The position numbers were made by a program, and so were the translations under genes. Shown here in pieces: positions 46,790 through 56,364 of a DNA stretch of 64,000 bases (positions are counted from its first letter, which is position 1; each line of letters opens with the position of its first letter). This DNA is from Vicinamibacterales bacterium (GTDB lineage Bacteria > Acidobacteriota > Vicinamibacteria > Vicinamibacterales > UBA8438), in contig CBDDJQ010000012.1 of the NCBI GenBank assembly GCA_965229825.1, positions 364,067 to 428,066 on the forward strand. Direction: 5' to 3'. The notes beneath the pieces are model-generated. The model saw only the letters and a list, made by a program, of their open reading frames with translations, ran no database searches and was not told the DNA's origin.

Positions 46790-49700
46790 CAACGTGTTCC
46801 CTCGCGCTCGGTCGGCACTGTACCACCCGCAAGCACGTTGCCGAGCGCTTCGGCAAGGTCGTCGGTGCCCGTCGTGAATGCCTGCCAGGCCGCCGCCCTG
46901 AACGCGGAAACGTCCGCGTGCTCATCGGCGAGCAGCACTGCGACCTGGAGCTCCGGCCAAGCGAGTTCGGCCTCGGCGAGTACCGCTCCTCTCGTTCCGA
47001 CGAGCTCGAAGCCGACTTCCGGTACGGGCGCGCCGCGGCCGGACAGCTCCCCGAGCAGGTCGTGAACCTCGGGAGCCGCGAGTTCCGTGGCATCCTTCCA
47101 GTCCTCGGCCGAGAGGCCTGACGCGGGTTGGGGTGGGGTCGGACTCTCGGCCGGGGGCGGAAACTCCGGATAGACGTCGCGCTCGACGCCGGTTCGCGTG
47201 GTCCACCAGGCGCCGGGCAGGAACTGGAGCAGGGTGAAGAGTCGCAGGACGCCGTTCCAGACGCGCCGATAGCCATCGCCCTCACGACTCGCCTGGTCGT
47301 CATGCAGGTGCACCACGACGGCTGCGGCGGCCGGGTCTCCCTGCTGCACGGCGGCCAGCGGGAAGGCAGTGAACAAGTCGAAGAACGCCGGAACTGTCCC
47401 GGTCCAGGCTCCGATGCCGGCCACGGCGATCGGGGGCGGCAGCTCGCCCAACGCCTCGCAGACCTGGCCGGGCAGCGCGCCCGCGGTGGCGCGGTCGAAC
47501 CCGGCGCGCATCGCACCGCTCAACATGTCCTGCCGATCGAACAAACCGAACAGCACCGTGAACACGGCCTGCTTCCACCGGGCCGGCTCCGGCGCCCGCA
47601 GGTAGTTCACGAGCAGCATCAACGTCGGTTCGGCGAGCCGGGACCGCAGACCCGCGGTGTCCCAGCGGCCGTCGAGGGTGCGCTGCAGCGCCGCCATGTC
47701 GTCGCTCGCCTTCGCGCCGGCGAGGAGGTCGGGAACGTCGGGCGCCTTGCCGAAGACGAACTCCAGATCGTGCCAGGTGAGCGACCAGACGAGGAACCCG
47801 GCCCGGACCAGAGCCATGCGCTTGAGCGAGTCGGCGTCCGTCGCGTCGCGATGGAACTCGAAGCCGTCGGTGAAGACCGCCACCGGGGGTTGGCCGGGCT
47901 CGGGTCGCGCGGGCCGGATCAGGAAGTCGGGGCGGCTGGGCTCGACGACGCCGTCGGAGGCGCCGAGGTCCGCCTGCGTCTCCATGTAGTAGGTGTGCGT
48001 GCCGATCTTCAGCACGTAGCCCGGCTTGCCATTCACGAGGTCGGCCCGCACCTGCACGGCCCGCGCGCCGTCCACCTCGACCCGGCGCAGCGCCTCGACG
48101 AAGCGCGCCTCGAGCTCGCTGTCGAACGTCGCATTGATGGTCAATCCGCCCAGGCTCGGTACCTCCTCCAACTCGTCCTTGTGGGCGAGGATGCGGTCGA
48201 GCATCTCGACCGCGGTGTCCCGGGATGTCTCGGCCATCTCCCGGCTGCGGCGGTAGGCGAACACGCAGCGATAGCAGCCGTCCGTCTCCGGGTCCTGGTT
48301 GCAGATGCAGGACTTGAGCGCTTCTCTTGCCTTCTCGAAGACCGACAGCAGCTTCTCGGGCTCGGTCATCAACTCCTTGAGGTAGCCGGTGCCGCTCGGC
48401 ACGGTGTCGTACAGCAGCAGGTACTGATGGGCCGCGCCCCCGCCGTCTTCCGGCGCGGCTCCCGGTCCCCGGCCGGCGGTCGCACCCTGCCGGGCGCTCC
48501 GGCGGGTCGTGGCCCGCAGGTGGTCGATCCGACCGCTGAAATGGCGTCGGAGACCGAGCTCCAGGGCCGCGACGAAGGAGCTGACGCGCCGCTCGGACCC
48601 CGGCGTGTCCAGCACCGGCAGCAACATCTGCACCGCCTCGGAGCTGAACTCGCGGTACAGGTAGAGGCAGTCGGCGATGTCGGCCGGCTCCGCCTTGCGG
48701 GCGCTGCAGGTCGAAGTGTGTTGGGCGTCGTCGTCGCCTCGCTTCTGCACCGTGCCGCAACGCCGGCAGACGCGGAAGCCGTCGCGGGGCAGCGCCAACC
48801 CGGCGAACGTCACCGGTTGCCCGCCGGTGCCCAGCCGCCCGAAGTTCATCTCGCGGAACGTCGCCGTCGCGATGTACTCGAAGCCGAACGCCGCGTCCGA
48901 CCGGGTCATGGCATAGGCGCGCTTGACGGCGGTGGGCTCGAAGTCCGCCGCAAGCTGCCGTGTGTGGAACAGCGGCTCGCGGTCATCGCGGTCGTCCGCG
49001 ATGCGGGCGCGCCGGTCGGAAGTCGCCGCATGCACCATCCGCAAGGGGAGCATCTCGCGGCGCTGGCCGGCGTCGGACCACATCACGTCGCCGCAGCGGG
49101 GACAGGCGACGTGATCGTCCGTGACGTCGACCCGCTCGCAGTGGTCGCAAGAGGGACAGAGCCGCCACGTCTCGATCGGCGACACGCGCAGATCGATCCT
49201 GTCTATGCTCACGCGGTTGCCACCGGCGTAGAACTCGTTCTCGGGGGCGAGTTCGCTGAGCGCGGAGGCGGCGGGGCGGACGTACTCGTAGACGTCGCGT
49301 TCGTCGCCCTGCTCGCCGGCGTCTTCCTCGTCCTGCTCGCGCGACCGGAAGATCACCGACTTCAGCATCACCCCGGCCTCCGGGAAGGCGTAGTTCGGCA
49401 AGAGCCCTTCGTCGGTCAGGAAGTTGAAGGTCTCGCGTCCGTTCAACCTGCGGAGCAGCCCCTGCAGGCCGCCGCGCTCCCGCGTGAGCCGCTTGATCTC
49501 CTTCGTCGTCGCTTCGTCCTGCGGCGCGCGCTTCAGGACCTGGATGCGGCGTCCCAGCGCGTCGACGTCGGCGCGCAGGGCCTTGCGCTCCTTCGCGATC
49601 TCGTGGAACCGGTTCACCATTCGGAACCGTAGCGACAGCCGAGGCTCGCCATCGCCATCGAGAGCGACGTCGCCATGGAGAAACCTGGTCAGGTAGTCGC

Positions 49701-52700
49701 GGGACTGATCGGACAGCTCGCCGGCCAACGCGTCACAGAACGTCTCCAGCAGGTCGTCGCCGTGGCGTTGCACGAAGTCGAAGAACGGATAGGGAAAGCG
49801 GGTCAGCGTGCCCTGCTCCACGTTGTCGAGCACCTGCCGAATGGTTCGCGGAACGGCGTCGTCGGGCAGACCGATCGCGGCCCAGCCGTCGAGACAGAAG
49901 GCGGTGAGCTGGCGTTCGAGCACGGCCGGCGCGTTCAGGAACACGCCCGGCGGCTCGATACGGCCAGCGAGCATGGCCAAGGGTTCGGCGTAGAAGTACA
50001 GATCGTGGGACTGGCCCGTCGCCACCGTGGCGGTGAACGCGTTGCCGTCGCGGCGGCCGGCGCGTCCGATGCGTTGCAGGTAGTTCGCTTGCGCCGGCGG
50101 CACCGAGCAGAGGACCACCGTGGAGAGGTCGCCGACGTCGATGCCGAGCTCCAGGGTGGGCGTCGCCGACAGCAGGTTCGGCTCCCACGGCGGCGGGTTC
50201 GGATTGGAGAAGCGCTGCTGCAGGCGGTCGCGCTCGTCGCGGGTCAGCAGCGCGGTGTGCTCGGCTGCGACAAGGCGCCGAACCAGGGTCTCGCGATACA
50301 GGCGTCCGAACCAGGTGGGCGGCTCCACCGCGTGGCGCTCGTAGACCGCCTGCACGCCGAGGTCCAGGCAGGAAACGCCCAGCCACAGGTCCGCCTCGTG
50401 CTCGGGCACGACGAGGGTCCGGTTCGACCCGGCGCAGCGCATCACCGCGGTGCGCGCGGTGGCGTAGAAGCGCGCCGGGTCGAGCGCCCAGGCGCGGCCG
50501 CCCCGCCCGGCCTCGATGCGGCAGACGAGACCCGCGTCCTCCAGCGCGTGCAGCGCTTCCAGCAGCACGTCGGGGGCCTCGCGCGTGGCGGCGAGCACGT
50601 CGACGGGCGTCAGGACCCTCTCGACCCATGCCTGGTACCAGGACCTCCGTCCGCCGTTCCTGGAGAACAGTGGTTCGATGCCGTCGCTGGCGTGAGGCGT
50701 GTCGACCGGGAAGATGGGCCGGGGGGACCGAGGACCGAAGTCCTGCAGCGCGGGTTGTCGCGTCAGCCACCAGCGTTCGCCCCCCGCCGCCAGCCATGCG
50801 CTCGCCACGTCGCTCCGGATGGCGCCGCGGTCCTTCATGCGCCGCAGGACGCCGAGGATCAGCGAGCGCACCGCCGCCGGGGCCAGATCGCGCATCGCCC
50901 CGAACTTCTCCCGGATGCGCAGATGCGCGCCGCGGCACGCCCGCTCCAGGGCCTCGCGGTCCACGCCGACCGCGGCGGCGCGCGTTCGTTCCAGGGTACG
51001 GCCGATGGCCGACCGGTAGCCGAGCTCGGCCAGGGTATCCCAGCGCAGCCGCTCTGCGACCGCCTCCGGCAGCCGGGAGCCGGCCGGCAGCCGGCCCTCG
51101 CGTTGCAACGTCACGAAGTCGCGCCGCCACAGCCGGTCGGGGGCGATGAACTCGCTGACGAAGCGCTCGTCGTCGAACGCCCCGGGGTTGATCTTGGTAT
51201 CGCGCCACCACGTCTCCACCCTCTCGGGAAGGTCCGCCAGCGCGATGCCGTCGTGCCGTTCGACGACTTGGGCGATGGCCGCCCGGACCCCGACGTTCGC
51301 GGTCCGCGCCGCGAAGAACCCGGCGCGATGGGCGGCGTCCTGCACGTTGTCCGAGAAGGCGATCACCTTGCGGTCGTCGTTGTAGCGCGACCCCTGGGCC
51401 TGACCCAGCGTAACGCTCAGCAGGCTGGCGGCGCGGGCGCCGACGATGATCAGCGCCCCTCGCGCTCCGCAGTACGGACAGTCCCGGCTCAGTCTCATCG
51501 ACCGGGACTCGCCGCGGCCTCGGGACTCGACCGAGACGGGCCGGAAGACGCGCACGAGGCGTTCCGAACGGCACCCGGTGCAGGTCGTGGCGTCCGCGGC
51601 CAGCACCATGCCGCACGCCCCGCAGACCATCACGTCCAGGCCGCGGACCCCGGGCGGCGCGGCGGCCGGGAACAGGTACGCCACGTCGACGTCGCGGAGG
51701 AAGAACCGGTTGTAGAACACCCGCAGGTCGCCTTCCAGGCGTTGCTCCGCGGGACGCTTGACGGCGCCCCAGCCGGTGACGTGACACTCGCGGCACTGGA
51801 TGAGGGGCAGGTGGATCGAGGGCTCGTCCGGCTTCAGGTCGTCGAAGAAGCGCAGCCGGCGCGGAATCGCCGCGCCGTCGACGGCGTGCGCCGCCGGGGT
51901 CGCGATGGTGCGACGCGCCGAGGTGGGCGGCCCGACGGCCGCGCCCTTCACCGCCGCGGGCGGCGCCCCGTTCGAGGCGGGCGTCTCGAGGCCGGACCCG
52001 ACCGGCGGATCGGCCCCGCTCGTGCCACCGGCGCGCCGGTCCGGCGATTCCTCGACCGACCCCTCGGTCTCGTCCTCGTACAGGCTGCACACCATGCGTC
52101 GCAGCTCGCGCACCCAGAGATGCAGGCCGACCTGGAGAAACGGCCGCAACGCAGCTCCGCCGCCCGTCCCCTCGTGGCGGCGCGCTACCGAGATCAGGGC
52201 ACACAGACCGTTCAACACCCCGAGCGCCTCGCGGTCGTTGGCCGCCGGCAGACTGTGGCGCAGCCGACCAACGATGTCCGACATCGGCGTCGGGCGCCCG
52301 TCGAGCACGCGCAGCAGGTTCACGAACGTCGAGTGCTCGCGCAGGCGGTCCCCGAGGGCCGGCCGCCACGCGTCGGATGCGAAGTCGCCCTCGATGGGCG
52401 CGCCGAAGAAGAGCTCGTGCTGGGCTCGAATGTACGCCTCGGCCGTCGCATGCCGCGTGGGTTCCACGCGGGCCGCCAGATCGTCGGCCGCATGCAGGTG
52501 GCGGCTGATGACCGCGTCGCCGAGAAAGGCGTCGATGCTCTGACGGACCTCGCCGACGATCGCCCCCGGCTCGAAGGGCTGGTCGAAGATGCGCGAGAAG
52601 TACGCCAGCAGCTCCGCCTCGTCGGACTCCGCGCCGAGGGTGGCCGACGTCCCGGCGCAGATCAGCGTGTCGCGCGACGCGCCGAGCCGTACCCGCAGGC

Positions 52701-53448
52701 GCCGGATCAGGCACGCAAGGTCTGTCCCCTGGGCGCCGTCGAACGCGTGCAGTTCGTCGACCACCAGGTACCGCAGCGTGTCCGGCCCGTTGTGCCGCCA
52801 GAGCCGGAAGTCGAACGGCCGGACCAGCAGGTAGTCCAGCATCTTGTAGTTCGTCAGCAGGATGTCCGGCGGCCGTTCGCGCAGCGTGTCACGGTCGGTG
52901 ATGACGTGGTCCCGGCCCATCGTCTTGTGGGCCGACCGCTGCGGCTGGTTGTCGCGGCCGACGAAGACTCCCGCGGTGACCCGGCCGCGCAGCGCCGGCG
53001 TGCGGTCGATGGTCTGGGCGATGCGCCGCGCCTGGTCCGCCGCCAGCGCGTTCATCGGGTAGACGAGGATGGCCTTGATGCCCGGCGCACCGGCCCGTTC
53101 GCGACAGTAGTCGAGGATGGGGAAGAGGAAGCACTCCGTCTTGCCCGAGCCGGTGCCGGTGGCGACCGTCGTCGACCGCCCGACGCCCGCGGCCAGACGC
53201 GAGAACGCCGTGCGCTGGTGGCGGTACGGGGTGAACCCGAGCGGCACCTCGGGGAACGGCTCGCCGCCGTCGGGCGCGGGCTGGAACGGCAGGGCGATGG
53301 AGAGGTACGGCCCCTTGGCGAGGGTGTCGGGCTGGGCGAGGAAGTCGTCGATGACGTGCGCCAAGCCGGAATTCGACGGTCCGAAACCGGTGGCGAGGAA
53401 GTCGTGCAGAGCGCCCGTGACCTCGGCGGCGACGACGGAGGGAATCAT
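46789..53448 (-). CDS. 2219-aa DEAD/DEAH-box helicase with DUF1998-like zinc-ribbon module and C-terminal Vsr/DUF559-like nuclease-fold domains (DruE/Hhe-like)
   Basis: Motif I ATGTGSGKTE, motif II VVDELH, motifs V-VI LELGIDVGDL and YLQRIGRAGRR. Cys4 clusters: CRECH, CGACG..CTGC, CPYCG, CPSCDHC..CPRCG, CRRCG. C-terminal region: SELEARFVEAL, PDFLIRP, VAVFTDGFEFH, then a second AEAELAWPELQVAVLLAD unit. Confidence 0.9.
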   Translation of the reverse strand: MIPSVVAAEVTGALHDFLATGFGPSNSGLAHVIDDFLAQPDTLAKGPYLSIALPFQPAPDGGEPFPEVPLGFTPYRHQRTAFSRLAAGVGRSTTVATGTGSGKTECFLFPILDYCRERAGAPGIKAILVYPMNALAADQARRIAQTIDRTPALRGRVTAGVFVGRDNQPQRSAHKTMGRDHVITDRDTLRERPPDILLTNYKMLDYLLVRPFDFRLWRHNGPDTLRYLVVDELHAFDGAQGTDLACLIRRLRVRLGASRDTLICAGTSATLGAESDEAELLAYFSRIFDQPFEPGAIVGEVRQSIDAFLGDAVISRHLHAADDLAARVEPTRHATAEAYIRAQHELFFGAPIEGDFASDAWRPALGDRLREHSTFVNLLRVLDGRPTPMSDIVGRLRHSLPAANDREALGVLNGLCALISVARRHEGTGGGAALRPFLQVGLHLWVRELRRMVCSLYEDETEGSVEESPDRRAGGTSGADPPVGSGLETPASNGAPPAAVKGAAVGPPTSARRTIATPAAHAVDGAAIPRRLRFFDDLKPDEPSIHLPLIQCRECHVTGWGAVKRPAEQRLEGDLRVFYNRFFLRDVDVAYLFPAAAPPGVRGLDVMVCGACGMVLAADATTCTGCRSERLVRVFRPVSVESRGRGESRSMRLSRDCPYCGARGALIIVGARAASLLSVTLGQAQGSRYNDDRKVIAFSDNVQDAAHRAGFFAARTANVGVRAAIAQVVERHDGIALADLPERVETWWRDTKINPGAFDDERFVSEFIAPDRLWRRDFVTLQREGRLPAGSRLPEAVAERLRWDTLAELGYRSAIGRTLERTRAAAVGVDREALERACRGAHLRIREKFGAMRDLAPAAVRSLILGVLRRMKDRGAIRSDVASAWLAAGGERWWLTRQPALQDFGPRSPRPIFPVDTPHASDGIEPLFSRNGGRRSWYQAWVERVLTPVDVLAATREAPDVLLEALHALEDAGLVCRIEAGRGGRAWALDPARFYATARTAVMRCAGSNRTLVVPEHEADLWLGVSCLDLGVQAVYERHAVEPPTWFGRLYRETLVRRLVAAEHTALLTRDERDRLQQRFSNPNPPPWEPNLLSATPTLELGIDVGDLSTVVLCSVPPAQANYLQRIGRAGRRDGNAFTATVATGQSHDLYFYAEPLAMLAGRIEPPGVFLNAPAVLERQLTAFCLDGWAAIGLPDDAVPRTIRQVLDNVEQGTLTRFPYPFFDFVQRHGDDLLETFCDALAGELSDQSRDYLTRFLHGDVALDGDGEPRLSLRFRMVNRFHEIAKERKALRADVDALGRRIQVLKRAPQDEATTKEIKRLTRERGGLQGLLRRLNGRETFNFLTDEGLLPNYAFPEAGVMLKSVIFRSREQDEEDAGEQGDERDVYEYVRPAASALSELAPENEFYAGGNRVSIDRIDLRVSPIETWRLCPSCDHCERVDVTDDHVACPRCGDVMWSDAGQRREMLPLRMVHAATSDRRARIADDRDDREPLFHTRQLAADFEPTAVKRAYAMTRSDAAFGFEYIATATFREMNFGRLGTGGQPVTFAGLALPRDGFRVCRRCGTVQKRGDDDAQHTSTCSARKAEPADIADCLYLYREFSSEAVQMLLPVLDTPGSERRVSSFVAALELGLRRHFSGRIDHLRATTRRSARQGATAGRGPGAAPEDGGGAAHQYLLLYDTVPSGTGYLKELMTEPEKLLSVFEKAREALKSCICNQDPETDGCYRCVFAYRRSREMAETSRDTAVEMLDRILAHKDELEEVPSLGGLTINATFDSELEARFVEALRRVEVDGARAVQVRADLVNGKPGYVLKIGTHTYYMETQADLGASDGVVEPSRPDFLIRPARPEPGQPPVAVFTDGFEFHRDATDADSLKRMALVRAGFLVWSLTWHDLEFVFGKAPDVPDLLAGAKASDDMAALQRTLDGRWDTAGLRSRLAEPTLMLLVNYLRAPEPARWKQAVFTVLFGLFDRQDMLSGAMRAGFDRATAGALPGQVCEALGELPPPIAVAGIGAWTGTVPAFFDLFTAFPLAAVQQGDPAAAAVVVHLHDDQASREGDGYRRVWNGVLRLFTLLQFLPGAWWTTRTGVERDVYPEFPPPAESPTPPQPASGLSAEDWKDATELAAPEVHDLLGELSGRGAPVPEVGFELVGTRGAVLAEAELAWPELQVAVLLADEHADVSAFRAAAWQAFTTGTDDLAEALGNVLAGGTVPTEREGTR

Positions 53449-53484
53449 CGGATCCGGCCCGGGGCGATCCCGACCGTCAGCGGA

Positions 53485-53965
53485 TCACAGTCCTGCGCTT
53501 TCATCGTCTTCGAAGAGCGGAAGGGCCGACCCCATGTTCGGCCTCCCGATGATCAACGGCGGCTCGCCCAGCTTGCCGGAAAAACGGCTCAGCGGAACGT
53601 CGAACGTGTCGATCTGTTCGATGGGTACGTCGCGTTTCAGCGCTGTCGCCAAGTGAACCGCGTCTTTCGGCTTCACGTTGTGTCTCCACACCAGCGCCCT
53701 GGCGTCTTCGGCGATGAATCTGTCCCAGTTCCCTGATGACGATCCACTCGTGCCTGAAGAATGCCTCCACCTTGGCCGCAGAATCCGCCGATATGCGGTC
53801 CTGTCCCTTTATCCAGAGCACCTCGGGAATTGTCAGGGCAGAGGTCAGAATTCTCACTCTTCCCGCCTCGGCCGCCTCGATGACCGGGCGACAATAGTCG
53901 ACCTTGTCGGATTCCTCGGCGAGCCACCCCAGGAACGCGTTCGAGTCCCAGTATCGAAAGTCCAC
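53485..53965 (-). pseudogene. PIN-domain nuclease gene with one frameshift (extra G/C at 53724-53726)
   Basis: GTG 53965 overlaps the upstream TAG by 1 nt. VDFRYWDSNAFLGWL...ILTSALTIPEV...EWIVIREL is in one frame. DRFIAEDARALVWRHNVKPKDAVHLATAL...DTFD is in the next frame, ending at 53485. Confidence 0.75.
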
Positions 53966-54786
53966 TATTGCGCGTCCCTGAGCAGTCCGCGAACCTCCTG
54001 CGCGGAGGGCAGCTCGTCCTCGCGCGGGAACACGTAGTACGACGACACGTTGATCGACGCTCGATATCCCGACCGCCGCGACCGGATCTCGCCGGTGACC
54101 GCCATCCGCTTACCGAAGACGTCCCTGAGTCGCTCCCACGAGATCGCATTACCGAAGTAGCAGACCACCTGCCGTCCCGTCAGTCGGTCGTACAGAAGGA
54201 ACCGCTTCGTGCCATGGATGATCAAGCCCTCGAGCTCCCCCTCGATCGTGCCGATGGTACGCACCTCTGGCGACAGCACGGACTCCACATGGGCCAGCAG
54301 CTTGGACGTCAGCGCGACCGGCCGCTCTCGTGCAGTGCTCACGCTGAGCGCCGGCGTCTCCGGACCGACGAGTCTCGCCAACTCCCGGAGCTTGACCAGC
54401 GCGTCGTCGCTGAAGTGGCGGGGCCGCTTCGCCGTCTGGCGCAGCTCTTCGATCCCGGAGGCTACGGTCCGGGCGATCTCGGGCATCGCGAACGCAGGTA
54501 CGTTCTCCCTCGCCGGTTCCGGCCGCACGCAGAGAGCGAAACTGCCCCCCGACGCCTCCGTGATCACGTAACGAACCGCATCCTTCGCCGGCCTTCCCGT
54601 GACCCCTCTACCGACCTCCCCGAGAAAGTCCCTCCACGACTCGACGAGCCGCGTCAAGGTCGCAAGCGTGACCTGACCCTCGACGTGCAAACGGATGCGC
54701 CCGTCCCGTTCCGTGTCCGACGGCGACCCCAAGTGCTTCTCAGCCATCGCGGCGTATTCTGCCCTCACCTCACCGGCCATCCGCAT
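53965..54786 (-). CDS. hypothetical 273-aa protein in the antitoxin position upstream of PIN
   Basis: Uninterrupted ORF with coding-like composition and no motif I recognise. The stop is shared with the PIN start (TAGTG). Confidence 0.55.
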   Translation of the reverse strand: MRMAGEVRAEYAAMAEKHLGSPSDTERDGRIRLHVEGQVTLATLTRLVESWRDFLGEVGRGVTGRPAKDAVRYVITEASGGSFALCVRPEPARENVPAFAMPEIARTVASGIEELRQTAKRPRHFSDDALVKLRELARLVGPETPALSVSTARERPVALTSKLLAHVESVLSPEVRTIGTIEGELEGLIIHGTKRFLLYDRLTGRQVVCYFGNAISWERLRDVFGKRMAVTGEIRSRRSGYRASINVSSYYVFPREDELPSAQEVRGLLRDAQ

Positions 54787-54879
54787 ACAAGCGGAGCGCT
54801 GGACGGCGGCCCGGCCCGTCTCGTGGACCGGGCGTTCGGCGTGTGTCGCGTTCCTCGGCGAGCTGCGTCAGCCGCACGA

Positions 54880-55562
54880 TCAGCTCGTCGCCGCTGTCGG
54901 CCCGCACGATCCACTCGTCCTCCCCGCCGGTCGGCGCCAGCCGCGTCGCCGCAACTCGGGGTCGTGCGGGTCGCTCAGCTTCGCCTGCAGCGCCTCCACG
55001 ACACGGGCCAAGTCGGCCGCCGAGCCGCTCCGCTCGAGATCCACCAGCGACCTCACCAGATTGTCGCCCGGGAGATCGTCTTCCGCCAAGTGGTGCCCGT
55101 CAACCACGTCGTGCCGCTGAGCCGGTTGATACTGCGCCGGATCCGGCCCCACCGTCGCGATCAACTCGTGCATCTCCCGAGCCGCCCGCCATGGCCGCGC
55201 GCCGTTGTACAGCACCACAGGCAGCACGGCCGGCAGGGGTTCGCCCGACGCCACCGCCACTCGAGAGCCCCACCAGGTACAAGCCAACCGCCGCGCAGGC
55301 GGACCCGCCACACGGTATCCTCGTGCCGCCTGAGCAGGTCGTCGCTGACGTACTCGGCCGACAGCTTCGGCAGCGTCGTCGAAAAGTCGATGTCGTCCAC
55401 CCGCAGACCGGCCACGAAGCCGCGCAGCAGGTCTTCGATCATGCGCGGGAATGCGAATAGCTCTTGTGGGTCTCGTCGTACATCTTCTCCAGTGCCGCCC
55501 TGTGGTCCCCCCGCTCCGCTCGCCCTCCGGTAGCCTGACGGCAAAAACGCCGTGCCCAACAT
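54880..55562 (-). pseudogene. Rpn-family (YhgA-like, PD-(D/E)xK) recombination-promoting nuclease/transposase, decayed
   Basis: LFAFPRMIEDLLRGFV, DDLLRRHEDTVWRVRL in one frame and PLPAVLPVVLYNGARPW in another. The central LLEFQS-type segment appears deleted. Confidence 0.55.
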
Positions 55563-55630
55563 CGGCTCGCGCCCCTTGACGGTTGCCAGCTCGCCGTTTC
55601 GACGACGGGTATCATGGCCGGAGGAGGCGC

Positions 55631-55999
55631 ATGTCATCGGTACCCGGACAGTACCTCGCGCTCGTCATCAAGGAGGAGGGCAGCGACTGGAATGTCGTGT
55701 TCCCCGATCTGCCCGGCTGCGTCACGGCCGGACGTTCGCTCGACGAAGCCGTGGCATTCGCCGAGGAGGCCCTGGCGCTGCACGTCCACGGCCTGCGAGA
55801 GGATGGCGAAGCCCCGCCGGCGCCATCGGGCATCGAGGACATGATGGCCGATCCGGAGTCGGCCGGCGCACTGTTCTACCTGGTTCCCCTGAAACCCCTT
55901 GAGGGCCGCACGTCACGGGTCGACATCACCCTCGGCGGCGTCAGGGCCGCCAGCTGCTTCATGAGGAAACCGTTGGGCAGGTCCGACGAAGCGTCGTAG
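55631..55999 (+). CDS. HicB-family antitoxin-like protein, orphan, C-terminus aberrant
   Basis: ATG 55631 follows GGAGGAGG. YLALVIKEEGSDWNVVFPDLPGCVTAGRSLDEAVAFAEEALALHV is typical HicB. After RVDITL the expected RHH tail is absent. No hicA gene is adjacent. Confidence 0.7.
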   Translation: MSSVPGQYLALVIKEEGSDWNVVFPDLPGCVTAGRSLDEAVAFAEEALALHVHGLREDGEAPPAPSGIEDMMADPESAGALFYLVPLKPLEGRTSRVDITLGGVRAASCFMRKPLGRSDEAS

Positions 56000-56364
56000 C
56001 GGGCGCGGCGACTGTGCCCGCCCGTGTAGGCGTAGCACTCTGCCCGGCCGTGATTGTCCAGGAGGACGACCACGGAACCGGGCGAATCCGGCGACTTGAA
56101 GTGGATGGCGACCTCAGCATCGCGAGTGGGATAGACCGTGGGCGCCCACGGGTGCCGCGCCAAGCCGACGATGATCCGCTCGGCTTCCTTCCTGACGGAC
56201 GCCCCGATTTCCGGAAGGCCGTCCTCCACGATCTCGTCGTCCAGTTCCGCGAGCGCCTGCAGGGCATCCGCCAGCCAAGCCGACGGCGTTGTGCGCGATC
56301 CTTGAACTCCGATCGTCCGTGCCCCGACCGACATCCGTGATTCGTCTGCGCTTCGATCACGCAT
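55876..56364 (-). CDS. hypothetical protein
   Basis: 162-aa ORF whose start overlaps the PIN_3 stop by 8 nt. It overlaps the hicB-like 3' end convergently by 124 nt. No recognised motif. Confidence 0.35.
   Translation of the reverse strand: MRDRSADESRMSVGARTIGVQGSRTTPSAWLADALQALAELDDEIVEDGLPEIGASVRKEAERIIVGLARHPWAPTVYPTRDAEVAIHFKSPDSPGSVVVLLDNHGRAECYAYTGGHSRRARYDASSDLPNGFLMKQLAALTPPRVMSTRDVRPSRGFRGTR

Noticed and set aside
55500-55630. A TTGACG ... TATCAT pair as the hicB-like promoter.
   Set aside because: The spacer is about 27 nt, far from the 16-18 nt optimum, and no alternative -10 element is convincing.
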